The position numbers and the translations under genes were made by a program. The notes under the pieces are model-generated. The model had not been told where the DNA came from, searched no databases, and worked only from the letters and a program-made list of their open reading frames with translations. Shown here one piece after another: positions 62,931 through 64,000 of a stretch of DNA of 64,000 nucleotides; within the stretch, counting starts at the first letter, position 1, and the number at the start of each line of letters is the position of its first letter. This stretch comes from an uncultured Verrucomicrobiae bacterium (GTDB taxonomy: Bacteria; Verrucomicrobiota; Verrucomicrobiia; Chthoniobacterales; UBA10450). The stretch spans positions 224,001 through 288,000 of the forward strand of contig CAVTMK010000001.1 in the NCBI GenBank assembly GCA_963735805.1, given 5' to 3'.

Positions 62931-63730
62931 GTCGGCTCGACGACACGTTCGTCCAGCTAAGGCGCTCTGGACGCGGCGGTCTAATCCCGTTCATCACCGC
63001 TGGCGACCCCGATCTCGAGACAACTGAGCTGTTGCTAATCGAACTCGCGAAAGCAGGAGCCGACATCATCGAGCTCGGCGTCCCTTTCAGCGATCCAGTT
63101 GCCGACGGTCAGGTAATTCAGCGAGCATCTGAGCGCGCACTGAAAAAGGGTGTAACGCTCTCCGACACGCTCCTGTGTGTTTCGCACGCAAAGAAGCGCG
63201 TCGACGTGCCAATTGTGCTCTTCAGTTATCTCAACCCTCTCTTGAAATTCGGCAAAGATCGCCTGGCAGACGAAGCCAACAAGGCCGGCGTGGACGCGGT
63301 GCTCGTCACCGATCTGGTCCCTGAAGAGGCTGGGCCCTGGGTGGCGGCCTTTCGTGACCGCGGGATGGACCTTGTCTTTCTCATCGCACCCACAACGTCG
63401 GACGAACGGTTAGCCCTCATCGCGCAGCAAGCCAGCGGGTTTATCTACGTTGTTTCGCGAACTGGTGTTACCGGGGAGCGAAATGAAATGCCGCGCGACG
63501 CCGAATCTCTTGTAAAACGTGTACGAGCAGTGAGTGATTTGCCGGTCGCAGTTGGGTTTGGCATCTCAACGGAGGAACAGGTTCGGCAGGTCTGGCACTT
63601 TGCAGACGCCGCCGTCATTGGAAGCGCCATTGTTCGCCAAATCGAGGAACTGGGTGGTAAGGCAGACATGGTTCTGCGCGTAGGTGAATTCGCCCGGTCG
63701 TTCCTCAAATCGAGACTTGTTGATCAATAG
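62927..63730 (+). CDS. trpA: Tryptophan synthase alpha chain
   Basis: [20 protein letters not shown] and VGFGIS motifs. Confidence 0.97.
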   Translation: MSRLDDTFVQLRRSGRGGLIPFITAGDPDLETTELLLIELAKAGADIIELGVPFSDPVADGQVIQRASERALKKGVTLSDTLLCVSHAKKRVDVPIVLFSYLNPLLKFGKDRLADEANKAGVDAVLVTDLVPEEAGPWVAAFRDRGMDLVFLIAPTTSDERLALIAQQASGFIYVVSRTGVTGERNEMPRDAESLVKRVRAVSDLPVAVGFGISTEEQVRQVWHFADAAVIGSAIVRQIEELGGKADMVLRVGEFARSFLKSRLVDQ

Positions 63731-63896
63731 GCGATTGGTCGTGGAAATTGGCGGTACGCACCTCTCTCTGAATATCTGGCCAATTAGCCTGTCGAGATTC
63801 GTTCTTTAAAATCGACGTGCACGGGGAACCAAGTAAGAGGATTGCTCCGATTCACATGCAGAATTGGTGTCTTTATCCGCGATGGGTGATCGATCT

Positions 63897-64000
63897 ATGA
63901 AGTCGCAGCCGGGGCAGACCGAGGAACAGTTTCATATTTTGGTAGATAGCGTCGAAGAGTACGCCCTCTACATGCTCGATCTGACCGGGAACATAACGAC
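63897..64000 (+). CDS. PAS-domain signalling protein, 5' fragment
   Basis: MKSQPGQTEEQFHILVDSVEEYALYMLDLTGNIT matches a typical PAS S-box start. Confidence 0.7.
   Translation, partial: MKSQPGQTEEQFHILVDSVEEYALYMLDLTGNIT

Overview
This is a gene-dense bacterial core-genome window. Gene content and style suggest a soil Verrucomicrobiota (Chthoniobacterales / Ca. Udaeobacter-like) genome; this is inferred from the PVC-type prepilin gene, the S74 'tail fibre' repeat protein and GTAG-type REP elements. Housekeeping content: yraN-rnhB-rplS, tRNA-Arg(CCG), the aceBAK glyoxylate operon, ftsK-rodZ-rimO-trxA, queED, sdhCAB, holA, aroB, infC, glgP, mgtE, cobB and a complete aroF-trpG-trpE(D)-trpC-trpF-trpB-trpA operon. 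I found no transposase, integrase, prophage or CRISPR array. Five observations stand out. (1) A secreted animal-type heme peroxidase has a circularly permuted catalytic domain, apparently inserted into an Ig-like fold, and sits divergent from a LytS/LytTR pair with two sets of 9-bp direct repeats at 21-bp spacing. (2) A CxxC/polyproline-ending upstream ORF is followed by a terminator-like/SD-sequestering structure ahead of an OMP-copC-copD cluster, a candidate copper-sensing stalling regulator. (3) An unannotated 27-aa Trp-Trp-Arg leader peptide with alternative hairpins precedes the trp operon. (4) TrpE appears fused to TrpD. (5) REP-like palindromes supply stop codons and insert in frame into housekeeping genes. 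Four single-base (+1) frameshifts (tail-fibre gene, trpE, trpD, trpC) are most simply explained as sequencing indels. All product calls come from recognising motifs by eye; no searches were run.
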